From the NCBI RefSeq assembly GCF_006345805.1, contig NC_043014.1:13702001-13766000 (forward strand): a DNA stretch of 64,000 bases, given 5' to 3'. The notes under the pieces are model-generated. The model saw nothing but the letters and a program-made list of their open reading frames with translations. It was not told the DNA's origin and made no database searches. The translations under genes were made by a program, and so were the position numbers. Shown here one piece after another: positions 11,019-24,100 of this stretch; within the stretch, counting starts at the first letter, position 1; each line of letters starts with the position of its first letter. Origin of the DNA: Octopus sinensis. Lineage: Eukaryota.

Positions 11019-12206
11019 TGTTTCTCTTTTGAAAATATCTCTCCAGGCATTTGAAACATTAAATATTGGGTTCAAATTTTGGTAGAAGGCCAACAATCAC
11101 AGGGTAGGAATAAGTTAGTTACATCAACCCCTGTGCTCAACTGATACTTATTTTATCGACACCAAAAGGACGAAAGGCGGAGCTGACCACAACAGAGTTT
11201 CAACTCAGAACATAAAGACTGACAGAATTGCACTAGGTACTTTGCCCAGCATGTTAATGATTCTGCCAGCTCACCACCTTTGAAACAACAAATATTAATT
11301 TTAGTTGGAATGACTTAGTAAAACCAATAAGTTACAGACTTATGGACACATTGAAACTCCGATGTCTGGCAGCTGACTTGGCAGACACCCATAAAATTAT
11401 CAACCATCGTTCAAACAATAACTCTGAGCACCTTTTCAAACTCCACCCATCTAACACCCGTGGACATATTTACAAAGTAAGAAAACAGCACAGCTCCCAT
11501 GACTTCAGGAAATATTTTTTTCACGCTGAGAGTTGCTGAAGCATGGAACAAACTGCCGGCATCAGTTGTTAGTTGTCGGAGCACTGCATCCTTCAAAACT
11601 TCCATGCTTTCTGAGATTCGCCAACACTACACCTGATTTTCTCCCCTCCATATACACACAAGCATGTATCTAACTCATGCATTGTTCGCTTTCCAGACAT
11701 TTGTACATTACTGCATATACTCTGACAAGTTGTGGTGTACCTGAGCACTGTATACAATAATTTCATTATTATTATTATAGATATACTTTATCCAGGAATC
11801 TGAGAGGATTATAACTCAGTACAATACAGTCATTAATTTTATAATACTGCTCCTTCTTACAGTGGTAAATTGCACAGTACCATAATTTCAGCTAAGGTTG
11901 ATACAGTAAAATGCCAAAGATGGGATTTAAATTGTAATCCAATACACTGTTTAGTAGACCAACTGTAGATCCTTAGTCTAAGTCAATCAAAACTTAATAT
12001 GAATAGCAAGTAGTTTGGTGATTCACAATTCAGAGTTCAACCTTTATTTTAGTTCACTTAGCTCTTGTGCTTGCTTTTATTCTTGTGTATGTATAATGTA
12101 TGTGTGTATATATATATATATATATAAATTAGAGAAAAACCACTATTATGCAATTCAAACAATGATAGACATAAATAAAAAATAAAATATATTTTTTAAA
12201 AACAAG

Positions 12207-13932
12207 GTCATAACCAATCTCATTAGGGAGAGAATTTGTTTAGATGAAATGCAGTTCGGTTTTGTACCAGGTAGAAGCACCACTGATGCTATATTCCTGG
12301 TCCGACAACTGCAGGAGAAGTACCTAGCTAAAGATAAACCCCTCTACATAGCTTTTGTAGACTTGGAGAAAGCCTTTGACAGGGTTCCCCGTTCCCTTAT
12401 CTGGTGGTCGATGCGGAAACTGGAGATTGAAGAATGGCTAAAAAGGGCTGTACAGGCTCTATATAGAGAGGCTGTCAGCAAGGTTAGGATTGGCAACGAA
12501 TATAGTGAAGAATTCCGGGTAGAAGTAGGTGTGCACCAGGGCTCAGCCCTCAGTCCCCTTTTATTCATCATAGTCCTTCAGGCAATAACAGAGGAATTCA
12601 AAACGGGATGCCCCTGGGAGCTCCTCTATGCTGATGACCTAGCTCTCATAGCAGAATCACTACCGGAACTAGAAGAGAAATTTCGGGTGTGGAAGCAAGG
12701 GTTGGAATCAAAGGGCCTTAGAATAAATGTAGCAAAGACCAAAGTATTAGTAAGCAGCAAGAGGTACTCAGCACACACCCCCTCGGGTAGGTGGCCCTGC
12801 TCAACCTGTAGGAAACTCCATAAGATGCACCCAATGTAAGTTATGGACACATAAGAGGTGCAGCAACATTAAAGGGGAATTAACAGATAAGATAGCTTTC
12901 ATGTGTAGCAGATGCACAGGGACAATAGACACAACAGACACTCAGAAAACAGATTCCATCACACTCCAGGGAGAGAAACTAGAAGTAGTTGATAGTTTCC
13001 GCTACCTGGGTGACCAAGTTAGTAGCGGAGGTGGATGCACAGAGAGTATCACCACTAGAATACGAATAGCCTGGGCAAAGTTCAGAAAGCTCCTACCCCT
13101 ACTGGCAACAAAAGGTCTCTCCCTCAGAGCAAAAGGTAGATTGTATGATGCATGTGTGCGAACTGCCATGCTTCACGGTAATGAAACATGGGCTGTGACT
13201 GCAGAAAACATGCGTAGACTTGAAAGAAATGAAGCTAGCATGATCCGCTGGATGTGTAGTGTCAGTGTGCACGCAAGACAGAGTGTAAGCATCCTGAGAG
13301 AAATGCTGGATATAAGAAGCATCAGATGTGGTGTGCAAGAGCGACGCTTGCGATGGTATGGTCATGTGCTGCGGATGGATGAAGAGAGATGTGTGAAGAA
13401 GTGCCACTCCCAAACAGTTGAAGGTATCAGGGGGAGAGGTAGACCCAGGAAGACATGAGATGAGGTAGTCAAGCATGACCTCAGAGCATTGGGCCTCACT
13501 GAGGCAATGGCGAAGGACCGAGATCTCTGGAGATATGCTGTGACTACAAAGACCCGGGCTGCTTTCTGCAGCAATTCCACATACCCCCTACCCATTCTAA
13601 GTACCCCGGATCCCCAAAGTACCCTGGATCCCCAAAGTACCCCGATCCCCAAAGTACCCCGGACCTCGTTGCACCCGTGCCGCTGACACGTTAAAAGCTC
13701 GAACCGATCGTGACCGATGCCGACCCTCCGGCCCCTGTGCAGGTGGCACGTAAAAAGCACCCAATCCACTCACGGAGTGGTTGGCGTTAGGAAGGGCATC
13801 CAGCCGTAGAAACTCTGCCAGATTCAGACTGGAGCCTGGAGCGGCCCCTGGCTTCCCAGACCCGGTCGAACCGTCCAACCCGTGCTAGCGCGGAAAGCGG
13901 ACGTTAAACGATGATGATGATGATGATGATGA
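12207..13932 (+). mobile_element. 5'-truncated RTE-clade LINE (RT C-half, 3' UTR, (GAT)n tail)
   Basis: QFGFVPGRSTTDAIF..FVDLEKAFDRVP..GVHQGSALSPLLF..LLYADDL..FRYLG..LRWYGHVLR. One frameshift near 12815, premature TGA at 13456-13458, (GAT)n tail at about 13910-13932. Confidence 0.95.
13599..13663 (+). repeat. 18-bp tandem repeat x3.7 in the RTE 3' UTR
   Basis: AAGTACCC(C/T)GGATCCCCA units. Confidence 0.85.
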
Positions 13933-13975
13933 TATAACTAGATCACAAAAAGTACAAAAATGAATAATCAATGTA

Positions 13976-14369
13976 TCTTTATATATAAAAGAGAGGTTGT
14001 GTGCTGTCTGTCTCCTACGATTTTGATTCCTAACTACTCCCATATTTTGCGGTGCAGTTTAACCAAAACCGGGTATCTTATAGTCATGATTCATATCGAG
14101 CCCTTCTGGGTATTAGCACGCATCTACGATGAGTCTACGATTTAAAAAAAAATTTACCATCAATTTTTCCCATTTTTAATGCATTTTTGGCATATATAAG
14201 GGAAGTAACTCTAAAAATTTATTATTAAATCTCAGAACGTAAAAAACTACAGTAACACCCCCCCTTTGTGGTTAGCCATATTGAGATGGCTATTATACTT
14301 TACATCTCTAAAAATGCTTATATAGTTATTTCCCTTACAAACCCGAGCAACGCCGGGCGATACTGCTAG
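13976..14369 (+). mobile_element. Non-autonomous Helitron
   Basis: Begins A|TC(TTTATATATAAAAG). Ends with GC-rich CCCGAGCAACGCCGGG hairpin then CTAG|T. No TSD. Confidence 0.85.
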
Positions 14370-14933
14370 TAATAAGTAAAAAAAAAACTATGCAGGCCAA
14401 TCTATATATATATATAGAGGTGGCGAGCTGACAGAAACGTTAGCACACTGGGCGAAATGCGTAGCCATATTTCGTCTGCCGTTACGTTCTGAGTTCAACT
14501 TTGCCTTTCATCCTTTCAGTGTCGATAAATTAAGTACCAGTTACGCACTGGGGTCGATGTAAGTAGCATATTAGGAGGTTAGGGTACTTGATTTCAAGCA
14601 AAAAAAAAAAATCTGATTTTTATTTTTTACCTTAGTGAAAATCGTATGGGTGAAAAGTTATAAATGATTGCTTTTTGTAAATATCTATCCATGCCTTAAC
14701 ATACAAATGAATGGACTTTTGTATAACCCCTTATTTAGTTTATTGTCTATAAGTTAATTTAAGATATACATTGTTATTACGATAAACTAATATGATTTAT
14801 TTAACTAATAATCTGACCTCTTATTGTTTACAACAGATCAAGCGGATAAGTTCAAATGAATTAACCAATTAGAAATAGCTTATGATCTAAAATAACTGCT
14901 CCCTAACCCCCAATAATTTTGAAAATCTTTAAT

Positions 14934-15101
14934 ATAGGCGCAGGAGTGGCTGTGTGGTAAGTAGCTTGTTTACTAACTACATGGTTCCAGATTCAGTCCC
15001 ACTGCATGGCACCTTGGGCAAGTGTCTTCTACTATAGCCTCGGGCCGACCAAAGCCTTGTGAGTGGATTTGGCAGACGAAAACTGGAAGAAGCCCATCGT
15101 A

Positions 15102-15176
<75 letters not shown>

Positions 15177-15397
15177 GTCTGTGTGTGTGTATGTTTGTAT
15201 GTCTGTGTTTGTCCCCCCAACATCGCTTGATAACCGATGCTGGTGTGTTTATGTCCCCGTCACTTAGCAGTTCGGCAAAAGAGATCAATAGAATAAGTAC
15301 TGGGCTTACAAAGAATAAGTCCCGGGATCGAGTTGCTCGATTAAAGGCGGTGCTCCAGCATGGCCACAGTCAAATGACTGAAACAAGTAAAAGAGTA
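14934..15397 (+). mobile_element. SINE family A, full length, long internal (TA)n
   Basis: Complete head, core, (TA)n and tail. Confidence 0.92.
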
Positions 15398-15593
15398 TAC
15401 ATATAACATAAGCATAAATATTGTGGATGAAATTCAGCTTTCACAAAAAGTTAGGAATTTCTCTTTTGGATTTTACAATTGAATTTGTTTGCTTTACGTG
15501 GATGTATAAAATGATAATTATATTCTGATTGTCAGGTCTATATGCTTATACACATGTATTTTTGGATGCATATATACATCTTTATTCTCTTTA

Positions 15594-15979
15594 ACTCTTT
15601 TACTTGTTTCAGTCATTTGACTGCGGCCATGCTGGAGCACCGCCTTTAGTTGGGCAAATCGACCCCGAGACTTATTCTTTGTAAGCCCAGTACTTATTCT
15701 ATCGGTCTCTTTTGCCGAACCGCTAAGTGACGGGGACGTAAACACACCAGCACCGGTTGTCAAGCAATGCTATGGGAACAAACACAGACACACAAACACA
15801 TACACACACATACATATATACGACAGGCTTCTTTCAGTTTCCGTCTACCAAATCCACTCACAAGGCATTGGTCGGCCCGGGGCTATAGTAGAAGACACTT
15901 GCCCAAGATGCCACGCAGTGGGACTGAACCCGGAACCATGTGGTTGGTTAGCAAGCTACTTTCCACACAGCCACTCCTG
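15594..15979 (-). mobile_element. SINE family A, full length, inverted relative to 14934-15397
   Basis: Reverse complement of the same consensus, about 200 bp from the plus copy. Confidence 0.92.
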
Positions 15980-16471
15980 TATAAATATATATATATATTG
16001 AATCTTGTATCGTGAATTTTCGATATGTTAGAAGACATTATTATAGTATGTAAGATCTGTTGAAGATTACTGTTAATACAATAATATTGTTGTTACTGAT
16101 AAGCATAGGCATGTTTATATGTTCTAATGTATATATATGTACTTATATACGTATATGACGTATGGTATATCCTCTCTCTCTCTTTCGGAGAGGCACTGAG
16201 CAGCTATACGCACACATACACACACGGCAGTAACTTCCACCTAGCGAATTCAATCACAAAGCTCCGGTCGGCTCGGGGCTATAGTGGAAGACACCTACCC
16301 AAAGTGCCATGCACAGGGACTGAACCCGAAACCATGTAGCTAGGAAGCAAGCTCCCTAACCACACAGCCATGCCCGGAATATATTGTTTAATTGTGTTCA
16401 TTAATGTATTTTGTGCATGTGAATAGTATATATGCTTTGCTTATGTATGTATATGTGTGTATATATGTATT

Positions 16472-16534
<63 letters not shown>

Positions 16535-16540
<6 letters not shown>

Positions 16541-17060
16541 AATATTAGGGAATAAATCCAAACTTACAGGGAAAAATCAGATTTAGGATTGAATCCAATT
16601 TTATAGTAAAATATTATATTATATTAAATTAGAGACAAAACCACTATTAGGCAAATCAAACAATGAAAGACTTAAGCCAATACATATGATTAATTTATAT
16701 TATTTAAATATGTAACAAAATTATTAAAAAATATAATTAATATATATATATGTGTGTGTATGTATATTTGGATATTTGTTTATTGTTTATTTTTTATATA
16801 TTAAGTAATACGTGTATCATGTTCAGTATATTAATATTAATATTTTTAAAATTCATAATAACCTCTGATGAGGCCTATGGTTTTTTAATATATATAAGTA
16901 TAATATTTTTTGAATGCCTACAACCTTAGTATGTTGACATCTATAGGCAATGAAAATTAAATTTACTTTTGACCATCGGCTGAAACAGCTGTAAGAAGTA
17001 ATTTTTAGGATTTCATTAATTTATACTATGACTTTTAAAATCTATATTTGTATTATGATC
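16535..17060 (+). mobile_element. Penelope-type pseudo-LTR remnant beside (TA)n, with degenerate hammerhead
   Basis: Follows long (TA)n (about 16480-16536). CTGATGA 16865-16871, stem GGCCTATGGT/ACCATCGGCT, GAAAC-AGCT-GTA 16982-16993. A related stub lies at about 12125-12200. Confidence 0.5.
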
Positions 17061-17449
17061 TTATAATAATAATAATAATAATAATTGTGTACAGTGCTCA
17101 GGTGCACTACAACTCATCTAAAGTGTATATATAATCAGGTGTAGTTTCGGTGGATTTGGGAAAGCATGAGGGCCTTTTATATAATATTTTTGTATGCTTT
17201 TGATGTTCTAATTTGTAAAATGAATAAATGATCCAACATTATATTATCTGTAAGTTGATGAACAAACTAAATTTGTTTCTCCATTTTCTTATTTGCATTA
17301 TAAATTTATGGTAAAAATATTTCTTTACCTTCACCTGTTTAATACAATAAATGACTAAATTGTATTGCAATTAAAATCATTTATGTATTAAAAATTTACC
17401 AACAGTATATTGGATGATATCCCATAGTGGGATACACCCATAACCCCTA

Positions 17450-18238
17450 TCTTACTTTGTACTATATCTAGCGGTTGAGGGAACCTGTGGAAGAGGCAGA
17501 CCCAGGAAAACCTGGGACGAGGTGGTGAAGCACGACCTTCGAACTTTAGGTCTCACTGAGGAAATGACTAGAGACCGAGACCTCTGGAAGTGTGCTGTGC
17601 GCGAGAAGACCCGGCAGGACAAGTGAGTCCATAACCCGTGGCCTTCTACATGGGATGGAGCCAGCCTACGTATGCATACCTTCCCTTCTTGGGACACAAA
17701 ACTCTACTTGTGAAGACGTGATGAGGCAAGTGAGGATCAGAATCGAAATCGATCAATGGAAATTGCGGATGTGCTACCAGTGCCGGTGGCATGTCAAAAC
17801 TCTGCTTGTGAAGACCCGTTGAGGCAAGTGACGATCAGAATCGAAATCGATCAATGGAAATCGATCAATGGAAATTGCAGATGTGTTACCAGTGCCGGTG
17901 GCATGTAAGAGAACTTTCCGTTTCACGACCGTTGCCAGCACCGCCCCGTTTCGTGTCCGTTGCCAGCCTCGCCTGGCCCTCGTGCCGGTGGCACATAAAA
18001 AGCACCATCTGTTCGTGGCCGTTTGCCAGCTCTGTCTGGCACCAGTGCGGGTGGCACGTAAAAAGCACCCACTACACTCACGGAGTGGTTGGCGTTAGGA
18101 AGGGCATCCAGCCGTAGAAACACTGCCAGATTTGACTGGGCCTGATGAAGCCTTCTGGCTTCACAGACCCCAGTAGAACCGTCCAACCCATGCTAGCATG
18201 GAAAACGGACGCTAAACGATGATGATGATGATGATGAT
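17450..18238 (+). mobile_element. RTE LINE 3' end with repeat-rich 3' UTR and (GAT)n tail
   Basis: VEGTCGRGRPRKTWDEVVKHDL.. followed by repeated GTGCCGGTGGCA(C/T) hairpin units and GGACGCTAAACGATGATGATG. Confidence 0.9.
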
Positions 18239-18363
18239 ATATATATACATACATACATATATATAGATATACATATATATATACAATCAATATGTGACCG
18301 CGTGCGTATCATTGGCGATTTTTTTCCTCCGACTTCCCTTCATTGGACCTTTCCTTTTTTTAT

Positions 18364-18399
18364 GTTTCTGACGAAGAGCTTCACTCGGAACATTAAATC
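18364..18399 (+). ncRNA. Degenerate minimal type-I hammerhead motif in a pLTR-like repeat
   Basis: GTTT-CTGACGA-A-GAG cttca CTC-g-GAAAC-ATT-AAAT; stem II register and stem III are damaged. Confidence 0.35.
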
Positions 18400-18504
18400 C
18401 TCCTTCTTTCTTTCCTTTCCTGAGTGTCCAATAACACTATACTTGCTCCACGTCCTCGCGTTGTATTTTCTCTTTGTGTTTTCATGTTTGGATTAACTTT
18501 AACT

Positions 18505-20560
18505 ATATACTTTGATACTTTGATACTTTGATACTTTGATAGGTTTCGGCCATTATTGGCCCAGGCCATGTCTAACTTAATAGCACCACCTGGTGAAGTC
18601 TTTCAAGTCAGAATTTGGGCACTATGGCCCACTCAAGTAGAGAGTTATTGTTTACAGAGACATATCCGGGTGTAGGGGGTTTATCCGGGATTTCTTGAAG
18701 GAATCTGTCCAAAGACTTCTTGAACCCTATAGGGTCAGTTTCTGTTTTAATGTGTTTTGGTGTAATGTTAAAGAGAGCGGGGCCAATTGAGGTGAAATAA
18801 TTGTGCCGTATTGTTGTTATGAGATGAGAGTGCGATTTTTGTTTTGGGCGGATGGCACGGGGCCCAAGCCTTGGATGTACCTTAAAGGTGATGCCAACAT
18901 CATTTGGGCAATGCTGATGGAATATTTTCCACATCATGCAGATGATGTAGCGCTCACGACAACGTTGGAGAGAATAGAGTTTTAGCTTTTCTAGTCGACC
19001 CCAATAGTCGAGGCCTGTCATGCCATCTATCTTTTTTGTGATTGCCCTTTGAGGTGCTTCAACTTTTATGATACCTTGTATTGTGTGGGGAGACCACAGT
19101 GGACAACAGTATTCAAGGTGGGGTCGGGCAAAAGTGGAGAAGAGAAGGATAATGGTGTGGATATCTCTCGACTGGAAAGTTCTGAGAATCCAGGAACACA
19201 TTCTGCGGGCCATGTCAACTTTGGTGTTTATATGAGTGGCCCAGCTTATGTTGTTGTCCACAATTACTCCCAAGTCTCTGATGTTGTTGGACGCCGCGAG
19301 AGTTTCACCTGAAGGAAGGGAGTATGGGAGTTTCAGGGCATCCTCTTTTCCAAAGTGGATTAGCTCAAATTTATCCTCGTTCAGCAGCATATTGTTTTTT
19401 TCTGCCCATTGGATAACAGCCAGTAGATCTGACTGAAGGCATGTCCGGTCACTCGCTTCATTTATGACCTTCTGTAGCTTGGAGTCATCTGCAAAGATTT
19501 TTATGTTGCTGTGCTTGATGATGTCATTAATGTCATTAATGTAAATGATGAAAAGAAGTGGGCCCAGCACAGTGCCTTGCGGAACACCACTACTGACTTT
19601 GGCTGGGCTTGATTTTACCCCTTCAACTACAACATGTTGAGATCTGTCTGTCAGGAAACACTTGATCCATTGCAGTAACTTTCCAGAGACACCAATGTTG
19701 GATAGTTTTTTCAATAGGATCTTGTGATCGACCCTGTCGAAGGCCTTACTGAAATCAAGGTAGATGACATCGGTGTTGGAGCCCTCTCCCAAAGCTCTCA
19801 AAATGTCCTCAAAGTGATGCAGGAGCTGCGTTAGGCAGTCCCTTCCATTATGGAACCCATGTTGGTTGGCGATCAGCCGTCTGTTGCTTTCCAGAAATTG
19901 GGTTATTCGAGATCTCACCACCCTCTCAAATACCTTGATGATATGAGAGGTGAGTGAGATCGGACGGTAATTCACTGCAAGGGACTTGTTTCCCTTTTTG
20001 AAAACTGGGACAGAAGGTTTTTTGGAATATAGCCAGCATCCATTGAGTTTCTCCACAGATTAGCAAGGGGAGATGCAAGTTGGTGTCGACACACCTTCAG
20101 GACACAAGCAGGGAACCTATCGGGGCCTACTGCTGAATTGTGTTTTATTTCGTTTATCGCCGCTAAGACATCAGGGGCACTAAACGTTATGTCCGATATA
20201 GTGTGTTGGGGGTTGACATCACTGATACAGTCCAGATCGGCCATGTCAGGATTGCTGAAAACAGAGCAGTATTGTTTCTGCAGTATCTCGGCCATGGATT
20301 TGGCATTATCTTGGAGAGTGCCAGTTTCGTCAATTAGAGGGCCTACAGTGGAGACAGTGACCCTGCGTTTCCTCGCAAATGAAAAGAACACTTTGGGGTT
20401 GAGTTTGATTTTTTCAATGGCCCACTTCTCCTCAGCTGATCTTTGGTTATTGATGAGGGTCTTCATGCATTGTTGGAGGTTATATTTTTTGGATTCAAGC
20501 AGTGCGATAGCCGTCGAATGTGTGTGTTGCTGTTGGCAGTACTTTAGTTTGTTAATTTTT
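18505..20560 (-). mobile_element. CR1/L2-clade LINE, 5'-truncated, ORF2 RT nearly intact
   Basis: 482-aa open frame with NYRPISL, IYLDFSKAFDRV, GVPQGTVLGPLLF, IFADD, RDLG, RPHLEY..WSP. The upstream part (SAVGPDRFP..IPK) is in another frame with one frameshift near 20015. (TCAAAGTA)n-type tail at 18505-18541. Confidence 0.95.
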
Positions 20561-20594
20561 TTAAATGTTTTTGTTAATTTAAAAAAAATTTTTT

Positions 20595-20607
20595 TTATAT
20601 ATACACC

Positions 20608-20652
<45 letters not shown>

Positions 20653-20687
20653 ATTTACATATATACATACACATATATATACATAAA

Positions 20688-20741
<54 letters not shown>

Positions 20742-21099
20742 CATATACATATATAGACATATACATACATATATATACATATACATATATAGACATATAC
20801 ATACATATATATACATACATACATATATATACATACATACATATATATATATATACATATACATATATAAATGCATATACATATATATATGCATACATAT
20901 TTACATATATTTATATTTAAACATATACATACATATATATATATATATATAAATATGTATGTATATATATATATGTACTTGTATATGCATATATATGTTA
21001 AACGATGATGATGATGATGATGATGTGTGTGTATATATATGTTTATATATATGTTTATATATATATGTCTATGTCTATATATATATATATATATGTCTA

Positions 21100-21138
<39 letters not shown>

Positions 21139-21167
21139 TCATCATCATCATCGTTTAACGTCCGTTA

Positions 21168-21198
<31 letters not shown>
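20595..21198. repeat. Compound (TA)n/(TACA)n/(CA)n microsatellite, about 600 bp, with two RTE tail stubs
   Basis: Directly visible; the source of several spurious YI-repeat ORFs. Confidence 0.95.
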
Positions 21199-24100
21199 TA
21201 GAAGGTTTGGAGATAATGTACAAGTATTTCATATTAGAAGAAATGAGGTACTCAGAAAGTCGGATGGTTTTATATTTACAGATATTTATTTGTATATTAC
21301 GTGTTTTTATACATCATATATCATATTTTAGCGCTTTCGTCCATTCTAGTAGAGTTTTCAAATTGAACTAAGTTCTTGGGGAAAACTTGACTATTTTTAT
21401 AGTGTTATTGCATGTGTAGTGGTGGGGAGGGATATAAGATAGTACAACAGGGTGATGAATGGGAAGAAAGTGAGAGAGAGCATGTGTGTGTGTGTGTGTG
21501 TGATTTTGTATCTGAAAGAAATGTTAAAGAAAAAGAAGGAAAGGAAGAAAAGGGAGAGAAAGAAGAAAAAATTGTTTTGTTGGTCTCTTTGTAGCTGGTC
21601 AGGATGTTTACTCCAAGGGGGGTAAAATGTCCCTTTTCAAAAAATTGTCTGGATTTCTTTTTTATCATTGTCTAGTGAGAGTGTGTGTGTGTGTGTTTGT
21701 ATCTGAAAGAAATGTTAAAGAAAAAGAAGGAAAGGAAGAAAAGGGGAGAAATTTTGTTGATATCCTTGCAGTTGGTAGGTTTGTCAAAAATAATTCTTGG
21801 ATTACAGTGATTGTAAATCCAGCTGTCTTCTCCAAGGGGGCAAAATGTCACTTTTCAATAAATTGTATTTCCTTTTTATCATTGTCTTGTGAGAGAGTGT
21901 GTGTGTTTGTGTTTTTCTATCTGAAAGAAGTGTTAAGGAGGAATGGTCAAGTTGTTAAAAATATCCAGTAATTGGCTTTCAGCTGGGGATCAAAATGTCA
22001 CTTTTCAAAAAATTGTCTGGATTTCCTTTTTATCATTGTCATGTGAGAGAGTGTGTATGTATGTGCATGGGTGTCTGCATGTCTGAAAGGAGTGTTAAAA
22101 AAGTGTTTATATTTTTGCAACTGTAAATGATTTTTGGTTTTTAGAAATTGGCCACTTCAAAGGGGTGTAAAATGTCACTTCTCAAAAAATTGTCAGGATT
22201 TCTTTTTATTATTGTTTTGTGAGTGTGTGTGTGTATGTGTGTGTGTGCATGTGTGTGTGGGTGCCTGTGAATCTGGAAGGGAAAAAAGAAGAAAAGGAAG
22301 AAGAAATAATTGTGTTGATATTTATACCACTATTCAGTTCTTTCAATCCAATGTTTGATTCCTGTGCTTACATGGGATGGAGAATCTGGATTAGAGATTG
22401 TTTTTATTTATGTATATGTACATATGTGTAGAACTCTGTGTGTGTGTGTGTGTTTAATACAATTTACTCCTTCATCTAGTACAACTTATTATAGAAATAT
22501 TTTCAGCCATTCAATTTGGGGGAGGACTTAGTTATGATGTATTTTTCCGTATTCCTCCTGAAGGAAGTGTCATTTTTTGGACATTTGTAGAAGGGAAAGA
22601 TCTTAAATTTTCCTTCTCCACATGTATCTAGGTGTTTACTCAGTGGTATCTTGCGCAGTTCCTCCTGTCGGACATGTTGTCGGTGAATTCTGGCTCGTTG
22701 GCATAAAGAATTTCCAGTTTCACCTATATAATCCTCCTTGCATGTGGGGCAGGTTATGTAGTATATTACGTTCTGCATCTTGCAGTTCATATCTGCATTT
22801 ACTTTGAATATGTGACCACTTTTAAATTTCATTTCTTTGTCTCCCTCTATGTATTTGTAGGTGGGGTTACTGCAGATCCCATAACTACCATCTCCGCACT
22901 CTTTTACAAAGAATTCAGTTTTAGTTTTTTATGAGAATTTTCACTCTTGTTAGGTGTTTCTTCAGGTTTTTGTCTTGTCGTCTACTGTTTTTTATGCAAT
23001 ATTTGTTTAGTATGTTTTCCATTTTGTGGCTTTGTAGGACTTTGTAGGTTTGAATGTATGATTTGAAACATATTGGTAACTCCAGGGTTGTGTGTTTATG
23101 AAAGGGATAATGTTTTCTTTGTTTTTTGTTTTGGGTGTCCTAAGTTGTGTGATGTCCAGTTTCATTGCTCTTGAGATTCCATTTTTTATTAGTTTAAGGG
23201 GGTATTTTTGTTCTAGTAGGAAGTTTTTAAGTTCATCTAGTCTTATTAGGTGTGTTTGTGAGTCAGTTACTATGCTGCATATGCATCTTGCCATACTATA
23301 TGGGATGTTTCTTTTTATGTGGGATGGGTAGCAGGAGTAGAAAATTAAATATTGGTGTGTGTCGTTTTTTTTGTGGTGGATGTCTGTTGTGATGATGGAG
23401 TTGTGTATCTTGATGTTGATGTCTAGGAAGGGAAGTTCGTTGTGGCTGGTATCTATTGTGAAGTTGATAGATGGGTGCAGTGTGTTGAGGATGTTGTGGA
23501 ATGTTCGTAGGTCTTCTTCTGATCTGTTCCAAAAGATGAAGCAGTCATCGAGGTAGCATTTCCATTTTTTCTTGATGTATTCTCTGAAGTCATATTTGAA
23601 GACTTTCCCTATTTCATCATATAGTTTGTTCTCAAGGAAACCCATCACCAGGTTGGCATATGAAGGTGCGAATTTTGTACCCATAGCCGTGCCCTTTATC
23701 TGTCGGTATGTCTTGTTGTTGAATGAGAATGTATTTTCTTCGAGTATTAATTGGGTGGCTTGGGTGATAAAGTCTGTCTTGAAACATTTATCTATGAGTT
23801 CCCTGTATTTTTCTACCGATTGTTCTATTGCTTCCAGACCTAGGGTGTGTAGTATGTTCGTGTATAAGTTTGTGACATTGAAGCTTGCAAGTGTGGTGTT
23901 TTTCGGAACTGTATTTGGAATGTGTGTGAGGAAGTCTATGTCATCCCTTATGTAGCTTGGTATCTGTGGGCATAAAGGTTTGAGGAGTACATCTATGAAG
24001 TGGCTTAGTTGTTGTGTTGGCGCCTGGGGCCCGCCACTATTGGTCTCATTGTGAGGTCTGCTGGCCTTTGTATTCTTATATAATGGTTCCTCTGTTCCTT

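Noticed and set aside
13099-13769. Long antisense or alternative-frame ORFs over LINEs (also 25571-26071, 27170-27653, 28309-28686, 61936-62382)
   Set aside because: They are shadow frames of GC-richer retroelement sequence, repeated with each copy.
17740-18070. Palindromic GTGCCGGTGGCAC repeats with variable spacers, CRISPR-like at first sight (also 25255-25470)
   Set aside because: They lie in the 3' UTR of RTE LINEs in a eukaryotic context, spacing is irregular, spacers are related to each other, and there are no cas genes.
19972-21331. Long ORFs rich in YI/YM/CV repeats (also 14973-15406, 38763-39092, 58276-58591)
   Set aside because: These are translations of (TA)n/(TACA)n microsatellites. 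Only about 20015-20560 of the 308-aa ORF is real, and that part is LINE ORF2.
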